Source: a virus (lineage: Duplodnaviria > Heunggongvirae > Uroviricota > Caudoviricetes). From it: a stretch of 64,000 bases of DNA. The position numbers were made by a program, and so were the translations under genes. Of the stretch, positions 26,988 to 37,304 are shown piece by piece (position 1 is the stretch's first letter; each line of letters opens with the position of its first letter). Location of the stretch: the IMG/VR virus record IMGVR_UViG_3300019888_000209; one strand, written 5' to 3'. Under the pieces are notes generated by a model. It was not told where the DNA came from and did not search any database. It saw only the letters and a list, made by a program, of their open reading frames with translations.

Positions 26988-29900
26988 TTAAATCGCTCCG
27001 GTTGCAGCGGATTGCGCGCTGTTAATTCGCTGGCTGTTGATGAAGCCGCGCACTTCATCGCGGATACCAGTCAGCTCCGCGTCGAACCGGGCGACCACCA
27101 CATCTTGCAAATGCGTCGTTAATTCCGCGATTTGATCGCGCACGTCGATGTTGATAGCCGGCAGGTTGAACGCGCCCGGCAAATTCTTCACGTCGATACC
27201 CTTGGAGTGCGGCGATACCTCGAGATTTTGGCCGACCTTTTTGTTGATATCTTCTACGGCCTTTTTGATCGCGTCGCTCAACTGCGAGAACACGCGGTTC
27301 AGTTGGGTTTGCTCGCGCTCCAGATCACGCGCGCGAGTCGGCACAGTAGGCGGTAACGCGCTGGGATTAAATTGCTGAATCGATCGGCGCGTTTCCTGAT
27401 CGAGAAATTGAAATTCGTTTTCACTGAAACCGCGCCCGCCGCGGTTTTGGATGAACTTCGCCGTGAGCGCCGCGCGCAGTTGATCTTCTCGGCTGGCAAG
27501 CTGAAGCGATTTGCTGGCTTCCTCAGCTTCCTTGCGTTTCTCGTTCACGATATCCGCTGCCAGTTTGTAGCGGCGTTCGTCGAGCGAGAGCTGAATTCCA
27601 ACGAGACGATTTGAAAGGCCCAGCGCTTCGGCTTCCGCGCCAGCAGCCAGCGCCGGATTGCGAGTTGCGCGCGCCTCGTCGAATCGCTGCAGGACGCGCG
27701 GCAAAAGCTGAGACTGAATTCCGGCCGCTTCACTCGACAATTGCTCCGTTTCGTTGCGCCCGATCTTGAATTGCTCCGGCTGAATGGTGGCCTGGCGCAC
27801 GCCGCGCGCGATCTGGTCCTGCAATTCCGCATACGCGCGCAACGATTCCAGTTTGTCCTTATCCACGCGCAACGATTCGAGCGCGGTCTGTAGCTCTCCA
27901 TCACGCGCGATCTTCTCCGCGTTGGTGATGCCCACTGTTTCCTGAGCTAGTTCCATGCGTTCGCGCTCGATCTCGCGCGCTTTGTCTTCCACTTCGGATA
28001 TCTGCCGCTTGATCTCTTCCACCGCGCTCGTGCCGCCGGCCCCAAACAGTTCAGGCTTAGGCAGCGCCGAGAAAACTCGCTGGATTCCTTCGAATTGCGT
28101 CTGAAGCGCAGCCTTTTTCTGTTCGGCGGCGGCTTTGGCCGTGTCAAGCTGATATGGTTCTCCAACGTCCGGAAATTGCTCTACCACTGCGCCCGACAAG
28201 CGCCGCTGCAGCTCGCGTACCTGCCGCTGCTTTGCCTCGATCTCCTTATCCAAAGCATCGACGCGGGCCTCGTCTCCGCCGCGCGCCACAGTTTTTCGGC
28301 GATCTTGATCAAGTGCCAGCGCTTTTTGTTGAGCGTCGATCTCAGCTTTTAGCTTGGCAGTGGTCTCTGTTACTGCCCGTGCGTGGCCCGAGTACGCTTC
28401 AGTCTCCAATTGCTTGAGTCGCGCGTGCAAACCGGAGACGTCATTGAGTTTGATATATCCTTGAAGTTCTTCCCGTACCTGTTCCTGTCTACGGACGTCC
28501 AGTGGAGCAACGAACCGAGCCGCGCTATCCACCAGGTCGCCAAGTTTCTCCACTGGCGCCCGATCGATTAGCTTCTCGATGGTCTGAATACCGCGGCCGG
28601 CCTGATCGAACGCGTTGCCGCGCTGTTCGATTTTGCCAAGGTCCTGCTCGAATTGGATCAGCTTCTTATCCGCGATCTCTTCCGATTCAGCGACACTCAG
28701 AGTGCCTTTCTTTTGTTTCTCCAAAAGCTCAAGCTGATGCTCGATCTCCGCGGCCCGTATGATGCCAGGCAGCCCCACCAACGGTTGCCCCTTGCCGCCC
28801 AGCAGTGCCGCGACCTGGTCGAACGTTCGCTGCGCCACCGGCCTTTGAAACGGAGCGATTTCCTTTCGCAGGTCCGATTCGCTCATCTGTTCGACCGGCC
28901 TGTATGGCTTGGACTGGCCGACCTTGTTCTCGACTTCGCTCAGCTTATTTAACAGAAGCGACAGTCCCTTAACCAACTCGGTGATGTTACTCTGCAGGCC
29001 GCCAGCGCGCCCGGCCGAAGCGACCCAAAACTTTTGCCATTCCGACGAGAGCGTGCCTAACTGACTGGCCAGGGTCTGGCGAATGGCGATGTTCTCGCGT
29101 TCTGCGCGCCCCTGATCCAGCGACGCTTTGATGCTCAACTCCTGCGTCTTCAGGTAGCCGTCCAACAGCGCAGCGATACGGCTGGCCTGGCGCGTGCCTG
29201 CGATCTTAATCAGAAGCTCTTGCTGTTCAGCCTGCGTCAGGTTTTGGTACGAGATGAATAATTCGTTAATGATCTCCGACGCTTTCTTCAGTTCGCCGCT
29301 AGGCGCGGTAATGCTCACACCAGCGATATCCTGTAGCGCCCCCTGCGTCGCCGGCCTGTTCAAGCGCGCTAGGAACGTCTGAAGCGCCACACCCGCTTCC
29401 GCGCCTGGACGTCCGGTCCTTCCGCTAATCGCCGCTTCGTAACCGATCAATTCGTTCAAGCTAATGCCAGCCTGTTTCGCCAGAGGAGCGACACGAGCCA
29501 GACCTTCCAAAAGCTGCTTGTTCGTGACGTTAAAGCTGTGGCTAACCGTGTCGAGACTCCCTAGGACGCCGGCGAGCTGGCCTACCTGTAATTGGTAGGC
29601 GGACAGAATCGACTGTAAATATTTTCCCGACTGCGCGAGATCGAGCTGGGCAACATTCGCGGCCACCAGCGCCACACGTGTCGCTTCTAAAACTTCAGCC
29701 TGCCGAAAACCGAACCTTGCGAAATCCGTCGCCACTTCCAGCGCCGCGGTCCCGCTTTGCCCGAGCTTGGCCGCCTGATCCAGCACAGCTAACCCAACGG
29801 CATGCGCCTCGTCCGCCGTGCCGTGATAAACAATCGACAGCGTCGCAAGTTGGCGCTCGAATTTTATGGCCGCTTCAATGCCGAATTCAAAGCCGCGTAT

Positions 29901-31235
29901 CAATAGGTCGATACCTCGATAGATGGCGATGAACTTCGCCGCCATACCCACCGTGCCGAGCAAGGTGCCCTGTGTCGTGCGACCGACGCGACTGATCTTG
30001 CTATTCGTCTCGTCCAGCGTGGCGTTCAGCAATTTGCCTTGCGCGTCCAGGCGCGAGGTGAGCGTGATCGATTCGCGCATCCCATCGTTCTCGCGAGTGA
30101 GCGTCTCGCGCTTTACCGTTTCACCGGTTGGCAACGTCGTGCGGCGTGTCTCCCCAGCCTCAGTGAACGCCGGCTGTAATTGCTGGAAGCGAGTCACAGC
30201 GGTTTGGTTGAGCTGCCGTTCCGCTTCGGCCGCGCGCCGTAACAATGCCGCGCCGCGTACTTCGGCGCGTTGTTGATCCGATTGACCGATGAAGCCGCTA
30301 AAGCTCCGGCCGATGTTCTGGATGGCCGCGGCTTCGTCGCGCAACAATTGCACTTCCGCGGCAGATCCGCGCGTCACTACCACGCGGCGATTGGCGAATT
30401 CGGCAGTGTTCGCCCGGAGCGCGTTGCGATATTGCTCGAGGAAATTCGTGTTTTCGATAACGACTTTGCCTTCTTCGCCGAGCGCAGTCCTGGTCTGGCC
30501 AACGCCAGTTATGAATTGCTGTTGGGCGAGCTTACGGTCGCCTTCTTTTTCGATGTACCGCTCGCTCAGAAGCACGTCGCGTTGCGCAGCCGCACCAAGC
30601 GCACCCTCCGCTGTTACAACTTGACCAGCGGAAGTGGCTAGTTGCCCCATCTGTCCGGACTTTGTTGCGACCACCTGGCCTTGCTGGGAAAGCGCACTCG
30701 TCGCGCCAGTCGCGGCCGCGGTTACTTTTTGCTCCGCGGCAGCCAGTGCCGTTGCTTCGTGATCGGTTATCTTTTGCGCTCCTACATCCGACGGCAAACC
30801 AACAGTTATTTCCTGTCGCCGCAGGTTCAGCGCAGCCGTGGCCGATTCGATCTCACTCAGCTTTTTATCCAGCGCGGGATTTCCCACCCGCAGCGGCGAG
30901 CCCGGCCCCGGCGAGCCGGCCGAATATCCCCGGAGCTGCGCCAGTTTTTGATCGATGAAAGTTACTTCCTCGCCGAGCGTGGCGAACCCTTTTCGCATGG
31001 CAGCAGTCGCGTCTGTTTGCCCGAGCCGCTCGAAACTTTGCAGCACGAGCTTCGAATAATCGCTCATCTGCCGCACAGATCCCGCCACGGCGCTAAAGCC
31101 TTGAATGGCGATGGGCGGCAGCTTCGCCAGGCTGTCGTAAATGGTCTTGAATTCCTTGAGCGACGCGATCGCCGCATCCAGCCCGGGCGTCTCGACACGC
31201 GGCGACGTGATTCTCAGCTCGATTATCTCGACCAT
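26988..31235 (-). CDS. tail tape-measure protein
   Basis: 1415 aa, helix and coiled-coil rich. Central block GTVGMAAKFIAIYRGIDLL...AGISLNELIGYEAAISGRTGRPGAEAGVALQTFLARL resembles the tape-measure core region. Bracketed by family-A repeats at both ends. Confidence 0.65.
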   Translation of the reverse strand: MVEIIELRITSPRVETPGLDAAIASLKEFKTIYDSLAKLPPIAIQGFSAVAGSVRQMSDYSKLVLQSFERLGQTDATAAMRKGFATLGEEVTFIDQKLAQLRGYSAGSPGPGSPLRVGNPALDKKLSEIESATAALNLRRQEITVGLPSDVGAQKITDHEATALAAAEQKVTAAATGATSALSQQGQVVATKSGQMGQLATSAGQVVTAEGALGAAAQRDVLLSERYIEKEGDRKLAQQQFITGVGQTRTALGEEGKVVIENTNFLEQYRNALRANTAEFANRRVVVTRGSAAEVQLLRDEAAAIQNIGRSFSGFIGQSDQQRAEVRGAALLRRAAEAERQLNQTAVTRFQQLQPAFTEAGETRRTTLPTGETVKRETLTRENDGMRESITLTSRLDAQGKLLNATLDETNSKISRVGRTTQGTLLGTVGMAAKFIAIYRGIDLLIRGFEFGIEAAIKFERQLATLSIVYHGTADEAHAVGLAVLDQAAKLGQSGTAALEVATDFARFGFRQAEVLEATRVALVAANVAQLDLAQSGKYLQSILSAYQLQVGQLAGVLGSLDTVSHSFNVTNKQLLEGLARVAPLAKQAGISLNELIGYEAAISGRTGRPGAEAGVALQTFLARLNRPATQGALQDIAGVSITAPSGELKKASEIINELFISYQNLTQAEQQELLIKIAGTRQASRIAALLDGYLKTQELSIKASLDQGRAERENIAIRQTLASQLGTLSSEWQKFWVASAGRAGGLQSNITELVKGLSLLLNKLSEVENKVGQSKPYRPVEQMSESDLRKEIAPFQRPVAQRTFDQVAALLGGKGQPLVGLPGIIRAAEIEHQLELLEKQKKGTLSVAESEEIADKKLIQFEQDLGKIEQRGNAFDQAGRGIQTIEKLIDRAPVEKLGDLVDSAARFVAPLDVRRQEQVREELQGYIKLNDVSGLHARLKQLETEAYSGHARAVTETTAKLKAEIDAQQKALALDQDRRKTVARGGDEARVDALDKEIEAKQRQVRELQRRLSGAVVEQFPDVGEPYQLDTAKAAAEQKKAALQTQFEGIQRVFSALPKPELFGAGGTSAVEEIKRQISEVEDKAREIERERMELAQETVGITNAEKIARDGELQTALESLRVDKDKLESLRAYAELQDQIARGVRQATIQPEQFKIGRNETEQLSSEAAGIQSQLLPRVLQRFDEARATRNPALAAGAEAEALGLSNRLVGIQLSLDERRYKLAADIVNEKRKEAEEASKSLQLASREDQLRAALTAKFIQNRGGRGFSENEFQFLDQETRRSIQQFNPSALPPTVPTRARDLEREQTQLNRVFSQLSDAIKKAVEDINKKVGQNLEVSPHSKGIDVKNLPGAFNLPAINIDVRDQIAELTTHLQDVVVARFDAELTGIRDEVRGFINSQRINSAQSAATGAI

Positions 31236-31243
31236 AAAAACTT

Positions 31244-31314
31244 ATCTAGAAACCAGGAAACCAAGAAAAAAGAAAAAAGGGACGGCGGGCTCCTGGCTTC
31301 GTGGCTTCCAGATT
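31244..31314. repeat. family-A element, immediately upstream of the tape-measure start
   Basis: atctagaaaccaggaaaccaag...ctcctggcttcgtggcttccagatt. Confidence 0.85.
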
Positions 31315-31404
31315 AAATCATCACAGCTTCCCTATCGCGCTGCGCGTTGTCTTTCAAAGAAAAACGACGCGCGCCGTAAAAATTAAAGCAACTGCTTTAG
31401 GATT

Positions 31405-31462
31405 TATCTGGAAGCCAGGTCGCAGACTCGCCGTGGAGAGAATCCAGGAATTTCCGGAATCT
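31405..31462. repeat. family-A variant followed by a family-B hairpin
   Basis: atctggaagccagg...ctcgccgtggagagaatccaggaa; then gtttacccgccgtggcgggtg at 31470-31500. Confidence 0.75.
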
Positions 31463-32248
31463 GTGCTTCATAAGTTTACCCGCCGTGGCGGGTGTCAATC
31501 CGTGGCTAGATTCTGCGGGCAGGGAGCGAGAAATTTGTCGCGGCCGTCGCCGAGCGTGTAACCGCATTTGCAGCGCCACTGGCGATTTTGCGCGCTGACA
31601 GGATCGATCTCCAGCTTGTGCGTTGTAGAGGGGCTCGTGTCGAGCGCCGTTAATGGCGGTTTATCGGTTTCCGATAGCTCGCCCGGGAATGATTGCTCTT
31701 TCACCACAATCCTCCGCGCGCGATCGCCAGGAAAGCGTACCCGGCCAGCATGATCAGCGCGCCGAGCATGATCACGGCCCACCCGAGCCAGATTAAAGTC
31801 GCGCCTAACAGTCCCATCCGTGTTTAACCCATGAGATAGACAGTCGATTGCCACCAAAACGCTTCATCAGAAATAGAGTTTTTCATTACCAATAAGGGTG
31901 TGCTCGCTTATCTCACGGGATAAATCCCACGTGCTTAATCCGTCGCACCCAATCCGCCTCTGCCGAACTTCGCCCACTTGGGCGGCAACGCCGGCGGCGT
32001 CGGTTTGTTTGGATCGCCCTTGGCCGCTTTCATCTTTTCGTACCAGTAGGATTCGCGGATTCCGTGCTCGATGTAATGCATGACGACGATCGCTTTTATA
32101 TTCGCGTCTTCGCGCATCCAGTCTCCCAGGTTGTAGTTAAAAAATCGCGCAGCCTCGCGCTCGATGTAGGCAGCGTCCTGCTTCGCTCCATACCCTTTAT
32201 CCTTCGATTTCCAGTGCCGCAGCTCCGGGATGGCTTCGAGCCGGCACT

Positions 32249-32872
32249 TTAGGTAAAAACCGCGCGCTCGATCGGTTCGCTTGATAGCTCGCGAATCGAC
32301 GCCTCAAGGCCGTCTAGGATACGGACAGTGAAATGCTCGGCAAGATAGGCCGCCCTTTCTTCGAGAGTCTTACCAGGGACTTCGAGATCGACCAAACCCA
32401 TTGAGACTGTCGCGGCCCGTTTCAGCTCGCGATGGCGATTCAGCTTTGCGCGGTATTCCTTGTTCTGCCAGTCGTAATCCTCAAGGCCGGCAGCTTCTGT
32501 TTTCGTCGGCTTGCCAAGGGCCAGGCTCGGGCCACTGGGCTTCGGTTTTAACGGCGGCAACGGTGACTCCGAATCGAGGGCGTCAATTTCGCGCTGCTCG
32601 TTCACGTCCAGCGGCCTTATCTTCACTCGAACCGTTCTCCCGGCGCGCAGATCCAGCACCACCGTTTTCGGTTCGCGCGCGATTCCGGAAAACTGTTCCA
32701 GCGACGTAATAGCGATCGCTTCGCGGTCTGCAGTAAGGCGACCATCCGGCGCGATACTGAATCCGCCGGGATGCTCTTTCAACAAGCTCATGATCGCGCC
32801 CTCTTCGTTGATTTTTCCTTCGTCAGGATTTTGGGGTTCGGGTTCCGGGTTTTCTTCTTTGGCATTTTCCAT
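32249..32872 (-). CDS. hypothetical acidic protein upstream of the tape-measure gene (possible tail assembly chaperone)
   Basis: Position only. Confidence 0.3.
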   Translation of the reverse strand: MENAKEENPEPEPQNPDEGKINEEGAIMSLLKEHPGGFSIAPDGRLTADREAIAITSLEQFSGIAREPKTVVLDLRAGRTVRVKIRPLDVNEQREIDALDSESPLPPLKPKPSGPSLALGKPTKTEAAGLEDYDWQNKEYRAKLNRHRELKRAATVSMGLVDLEVPGKTLEERAAYLAEHFTVRILDGLEASIRELSSEPIERAVFT

Positions 32873-32917
32873 ATATTTTCTCTTTCACTACCGGGCAGAG
32901 GATTCAGCGCGTCTATT

Positions 32918-33010
32918 TAACCACGAAGGTCACGAAGTGCACGAAGGTAATCAGATTTTGAGGAGATTATTTCCTACTTCCATCTTCGTGGCCTTCGTGT
33001 GCTTCGTGGT
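32918..33010. repeat. CACGAAG-heptamer cluster in inverted arrangement (ACCACGAAGGTCACGAAGTGCACGAAGG ... CTTCGTGGCCTTCGTGTGCTTCGTGGTGG)
   Basis: Similar clusters at 19060-19140, 19380-19420, 33415-33445, 34300-34330, 38255-38280 and 53355-53395. Confidence 0.8.
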
Positions 33011-33453
33011 GGAGTTTTAGCGTTTTGTCCTTCTACGAAAAACAAAGCTTGCCTATCGCCGTGCGCCGCGGCAAGCTTTTTATTCGTGCCATTCGACCCC
33101 TACTTCACTCACGATGGCGCCCGCAGGTTCACCTGCCTGGGCCAACCGCGCGCCGTGTATGACGCACAGGAACAAGCCGAAGCCAACCGGCTATTGGCGC
33201 TGCCTGAAGGCGAACAAGCAAAACTGAACCTCGACATCGTCGAAAAGCGTCGCGCCCACGTGCCGGTGACCCGTCCCGAGCTTTTGTTTCATCACACGCG
33301 GCGCAAGCGCGCCTACGCCCAACGCCATCTACCGCCGCAGCTCGTTCATCGAGCCGAGGCCGACGCGGCCCTATCCCAAAGATCGCACGCCCACGCTTGA
33401 TTCCGCTAATGAAAAAGCTTCGTGTTTCTTCGTGTCCTTCGTGGTGAAAATTT

Positions 33454-34005
33454 ATGTTAACGCTTAATTCAGATCCAGTCGGCGCGCGCGAGACCGAGCG
33501 CAATGCCGAGGAGTTGCTCAACGAATTTTACAAAACGTTTTTCAATGGGCAACCGCATACCACTCAGATTTCGCCGTCGCCCGTCACCTTCCCTGTGTGC
33601 GACTTGTTCTTTAACCAGGCGCAATTGCCCAAGCTCGGCACGCGCCCGCAAATCCACACCGTCTTTACAGACGTTCGACGAATTGTTGGATTGCTCCGCG
33701 GCGGCAGCGAACAATGGTACGATCGTACGCACAAGCTTGTTACCGCCGAGTGCGATTTGTCTATTTTCGTGCGCGTAGCTAATGATGGCGCTGAGGGCAA
33801 CGAAGCCGATTTCCTTTGCCGCAAAACGGCAGACCAGGTCAAAGAAATTTTCGAAAGCCAGGACCGCTCCGCGCTCGCACAAAAGGGCGTGACGCATCCG
33901 CGAGTTTTACGTGGCCCGGTCCCGGTAGGCACGATCGGTTTCCAGGCGCGCCTGCTCATCGTGCGCTGCCGGTTGCAATATAAAATCCCCCGCACCGGAA
34001 GTTAA
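33454..34005 (+). CDS. hypothetical protein
   Basis: First gene of a plus-strand block; preferred over the antisense ORF 33469-33897. Confidence 0.35.
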   Translation: MLTLNSDPVGARETERNAEELLNEFYKTFFNGQPHTTQISPSPVTFPVCDLFFNQAQLPKLGTRPQIHTVFTDVRRIVGLLRGGSEQWYDRTHKLVTAECDLSIFVRVANDGAEGNEADFLCRKTADQVKEIFESQDRSALAQKGVTHPRVLRGPVPVGTIGFQARLLIVRCRLQYKIPRTGS

Positions 34006-34007
34006 TA

Positions 34008-34032
34008 AATCTGGAAACCAGGAACCCAGGAA
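34008..34032. repeat. family-A half element, intergenic
   Basis: aatctggaaaccaggaacccaggaa. Confidence 0.8.
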
Positions 34033-34036
34033 AAAT

Positions 34037-34303
34037 ATGACTCCACTCGATTTCCCTGAGTCAAACCTAACTCTCGGGCCACCGAAAGGCCAAACCGACG
34101 AAGATTGCGCGCGCCTTCCAGCCTGGCGCGGCAAAGACGATTCTGGACAGAAGATGATCGTTAGTTGCTGGGAACCTGCCGATGAGGAAATCGGCGCGCT
34201 TTTACTCGGCGAAAAAGTTTATTTGCGCGTCATTGGCGAGAACACGCCGCCCGTAGGTTTGCAGGTAGGATCGCCGTTCATCCATCAGCCCGAATCGGCC
34301 TGA
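34037..34303 (+). CDS. hypothetical small protein
   Basis: ORF only. Confidence 0.3.
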   Translation: MTPLDFPESNLTLGPPKGQTDEDCARLPAWRGKDDSGQKMIVSCWEPADEEIGALLLGEKVYLRVIGENTPPVGLQVGSPFIHQPESA

Positions 34304-34335
34304 TCACTTCGTGTTTTTCGTGGTTAAAAAATCAG

Positions 34336-34926
34336 ATGAAATTATCCGAAGCCCTTAAGGTTTCTTCCCGCTGCAACGGCGCCAACGCAGCGCGCGCGGT
34401 GCTCTACACCGCAAAAGTGGAAGGCGTTTTGATCGCCACCCGGCTCAACGGCGTAAACGAATATGACCCGCGCCAGCGCATCATTTTTCTTTCGTTGCAC
34501 GCGTACCATCGCGCCACCGCCGAATCGATCGCCATCGGCGCGCACGAGGCCGGCCACGCAGTGCAACATGCCCGGGGCTACCTGCCGTTCGTGATCCGAG
34601 CCGTTCTTTTCACGCCGGCCCGCGTCGCGGCGCTGCTATTGCCGCTCCTATTTCTGACCGCGCTCATTTTTCACACACACTGGCTAGTAGCCGTTGTCGT
34701 TGCCGGATATGCCTGCCTGATCGCGTTTCATCTTCTCACTCTCCCTATAGAAGCAGACGCCTCCAACCGAGGGCACGCCGCGTTACTCACAACTGGCTTG
34801 GTCGAATTCGGCGGTGCAGACAGCCAGGCAGTTAAAAGGGTGCTCCGCTCGATGCTGCGATCGTACGTGTTCAGTTTCTTGCTCGCGCCACTATGGCTTG
34901 TTGTCAGGCTCGCTAAACGACAATGA
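34336..34926 (+). CDS. membrane zinc metallopeptidase, YugP-like (Zn_peptidase_2 family)
   Basis: YDPRQRIIFLS...IAIGAHEAGHAVQHARGYLPF...LTLPIEADASNRG parallels the YugP motif block, with HExxH; followed by TM helices. Confidence 0.75.
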   Translation: MKLSEALKVSSRCNGANAARAVLYTAKVEGVLIATRLNGVNEYDPRQRIIFLSLHAYHRATAESIAIGAHEAGHAVQHARGYLPFVIRAVLFTPARVAALLLPLLFLTALIFHTHWLVAVVVAGYACLIAFHLLTLPIEADASNRGHAALLTTGLVEFGGADSQAVKRVLRSMLRSYVFSFLLAPLWLVVRLAKRQ

Positions 34927-35156
34927 AAAGCAAATTTGCAATGGACTAATCGGCCCGGGCAGTTACGGCCTGGGCGTGATCAGTATCTAGCCACAGATTA
35001 ACACGGATGAAACACGGATTAGGAATTGACGGGTTATATCGGGTGACGACCGCTTACCTCTGTGCAGGCTTTGTCGTTGAGCATTGGCTTGTAGTGCGGT
35101 GTGCTCCGATACTCCGCCGAGCAGAGCGGAATTCCTGGTAGTGGGCTACTTGAAAA

Positions 35157-35708
35157 ATGAGTGAATTTTTACGAAGTTTATTGTCCGGCGTGCGACGGCT
35201 CAGGCCGTTCGTGGTGGTTGGGCCGTGGGAACAGGGCGTTCGGATACGATTCGGCAAAACCGCCAAACTTCTTTATCCGGGCTTTCATTTGATTATTCCG
35301 ATCTTGGATCGGGTGTTCGTTTACGGAACGCAGAGGCGAACAGTTAACATTCCGATGCAAACCGTCACGACCTCGGATGGCGCGCCGATCACTATCGCTG
35401 GCGCGTGTGCTTACACGATCAAAAACTTACTCACGCTCTATACCTCACTTCATTGTCCAGACGACGCAGTTATTAGCTTTAGCCAAGGGGCTGTCGCAAA
35501 GTTCGTGACTGGCCATCCAGTAGCGGAGATCGATCCCGAAAAAATCGAGGCTTACGTGGTCAAACAAATTGATCTCACTAAATACGGACTCTCTCAGATC
35601 GAAGTATTTATCACCGACATGGTACGGGTGAAAACCTACCGAATTATCAACGATTCACGCTACCAATCGCTTGGGGACATTCTGCGATTGACCGGAAAAC
35701 AAGAGTGA
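35157..35708 (+). CDS. SPFH/band-7 (stomatin/HflK/C-like) domain protein
   Basis: VVVGPWEQGVRIRFGK...PGFHLIIPILDRV...VNIPMQTVTTSDGAPITI is a typical SPFH N-terminal block. Confidence 0.7.
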   Translation: MSEFLRSLLSGVRRLRPFVVVGPWEQGVRIRFGKTAKLLYPGFHLIIPILDRVFVYGTQRRTVNIPMQTVTTSDGAPITIAGACAYTIKNLLTLYTSLHCPDDAVISFSQGAVAKFVTGHPVAEIDPEKIEAYVVKQIDLTKYGLSQIEVFITDMVRVKTYRIINDSRYQSLGDILRLTGKQE

Positions 35709-35718
35709 AAACACTTGA

Positions 35719-36300
35719 CAATACGTTTGGACGTGGGTAGCAATTGACCCGGACACAAAACTAATTCCGGCTTGGTACGTCGGCGACCGCACAGCGCAAA
35801 GCGCGTATCCATTCATGCGGTCAGTGGCGAAGCGGATGAAGAACCGCGTTAAGTTATCAACAGACGGACACCGCGCTTACCTCATAGCCGTTAAAGCCGC
35901 ATTCCATCTGCAAGAGATCGACTTCGGGATGCTCCGCAAGATTTACGGAGAAAACACGCTGGAGGGCAAATATAGCCCCGGCGAGTGCATTGGCACAGAG
36001 CGTACGGTCATTAGCGGGAAGATCACGAAAAGCGAAATCTGCACAAGCCATGCTGAGCGCCAGAATCTCACGATGCGTATGCAAATGCGGCGGTTTACAC
36101 GCCTCACAAACGCCTTCTCGAAAAAGATCGAGAATCATCGCCTCGCGTGCGCTCTGCACTTCGTTCATTACAACTTCTGCCGAATCCATTCGAGCTTGCG
36201 AATAACTCCGGCAATGGCTGCCGGTCTTAGCTCGCACGTTTGGGAGATTTCGGACTTGGTAGGACTTTTAACCGCTGAGGAGGTCGCCCTTGCCGCGTAA
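35719..36300 (+). pseudogene. IS1-family transposase (InsB-like) remnant lacking its N-terminal part
   Basis: WTWVAIDPDTKLIPAWYVGDR..., STDGHRAY, HAERQNLTMRMQMRRFTRLTNAFSKKIENH..HYNFCRIH parallels IS1 InsB conserved blocks; no start codon and no DDE-1 region. Confidence 0.55.
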
Positions 36301-36499
36301 GCTTCTCAGCTTTAGCAACGACGCTGTGAGCTATCTGGTTCGCGTCAGGCTTGCGCTTGCCGCGTTTCTTTCCCTTCGGCCAGCCACCGAGCCTAGCGTT
36401 CGCGCGTGCGGCCTTGGTCTTGGCTCTGGACTTCGCGCTGCCGAGCAACGCGCCAATGTTTATTTCGTTTCCACAATGCGGGCATTTCATCGCCCGCAA
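36227..36499 (-). CDS. small zinc-ribbon, Lys/Arg-rich protein
   Basis: MKCPHCGNEI then a basic tail; overlaps the 3' end of the IS1 remnant. Confidence 0.25.
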   Translation of the reverse strand: MRAMKCPHCGNEINIGALLGSAKSRAKTKAARANARLGGWPKGKKRGKRKPDANQIAHSVVAKAEKLTRQGRPPQRLKVLPSPKSPKRAS

Positions 36500-36555
36500 C
36501 TTACAACCCCTAACGCCTATGATTCATGCACAAAATCGAAGTAGCCCACTACCGA

Positions 36556-36582
36556 ATTCCTGGCTTCCTGGTTTCCAGATTA
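36556..36582. repeat. family-A half element, intergenic
   Basis: ttcctggcttcctggtttccagatt. Confidence 0.8.
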
Positions 36583-36585
36583 AAA

Positions 36586-37221
36586 TCAGGCCGTCCCGCG
36601 CATTAACTTCCGGATGTGCTCGCGCCAATCGTCCGCAGCGCGCACAATAAAATGCTCAGACCATCCGAGTAGCAATTGCGGATAGATCTCTTCCGCGGCT
36701 TCTTCGGCCTCGAGACCGACAAAATCACGCAGCACGTCCATTAACCTTTCCCAGCCGGGCTTGCGCAGCTTCAACGCATACATGACACGCCACGCGATTT
36801 GTAGATCGCTTTTGCCTGCATCGCGTTGGTCAAGTTCTTTACCCGGATCGTCACTTGAGCTTTTCTCACGGCCAGCGGCTACCCAGCGTTCTACGTCTTG
36901 TATCGAAAGACTACCCAGCGTAAATCCAGCCACCGTATCAGGCTCTTCTGTCCCTACGCGCGGCGCGATGGAAAAGCTGATTCCGGATTCGACCGTGTCG
37001 TCATAAAATTCCGCGACCACACGCGCGGAGATCTCTGTTAATTTCGCAAGCCATTCCGCTGGGTCGACGCCGGGCGGCTGGAGCGCCACCAGCGTTTGCT
37101 CCACGATCCGGCGCGCGACCTGCGTCCATTCCGATTGCATCTCGCGATAGAACGCTTCCGGATGCGACACCCTTTCGCGGATTCGCTCGAGCTTCGAAAT
37201 GACGGCATCGATAGTCGCCAT
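36586..37221 (-). CDS. hypothetical virion-module protein
   Basis: ORF only; first gene of the minus-strand block. Confidence 0.35.
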   Translation of the reverse strand: MATIDAVISKLERIRERVSHPEAFYREMQSEWTQVARRIVEQTLVALQPPGVDPAEWLAKLTEISARVVAEFYDDTVESGISFSIAPRVGTEEPDTVAGFTLGSLSIQDVERWVAAGREKSSSDDPGKELDQRDAGKSDLQIAWRVMYALKLRKPGWERLMDVLRDFVGLEAEEAAEEIYPQLLLGWSEHFIVRAADDWREHIRKLMRGTA

Positions 37222-37230
37222 TTTGATTTT

Positions 37231-37304
37231 AATCTAGAAGCCAGGAAGCCAGGAATTTCCGGACTTAAAAAAGATTCTTTTTCCTGGATTCCTGGGTTCC
37301 AGAT
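37231..37304. repeat. family-A element, intergenic
   Basis: aatctagaagccaggaagccaggaa...tcctggattcctgggttccagatt. Confidence 0.85.

Noticed and set aside
26988-31235. Alternative reading of the 1415-aa coiled-coil protein as an SMC-like protein
   Set aside because: No Walker A/B motifs; contains a tape-measure-like core block and sits in the canonical tape-measure position upstream of a tail gene
33469-33897. Minus-strand 142-aa ORF
   Set aside because: Fully overlapped by the plus-strand ORF 33454-34005, which belongs to a regularly spaced plus-strand operon
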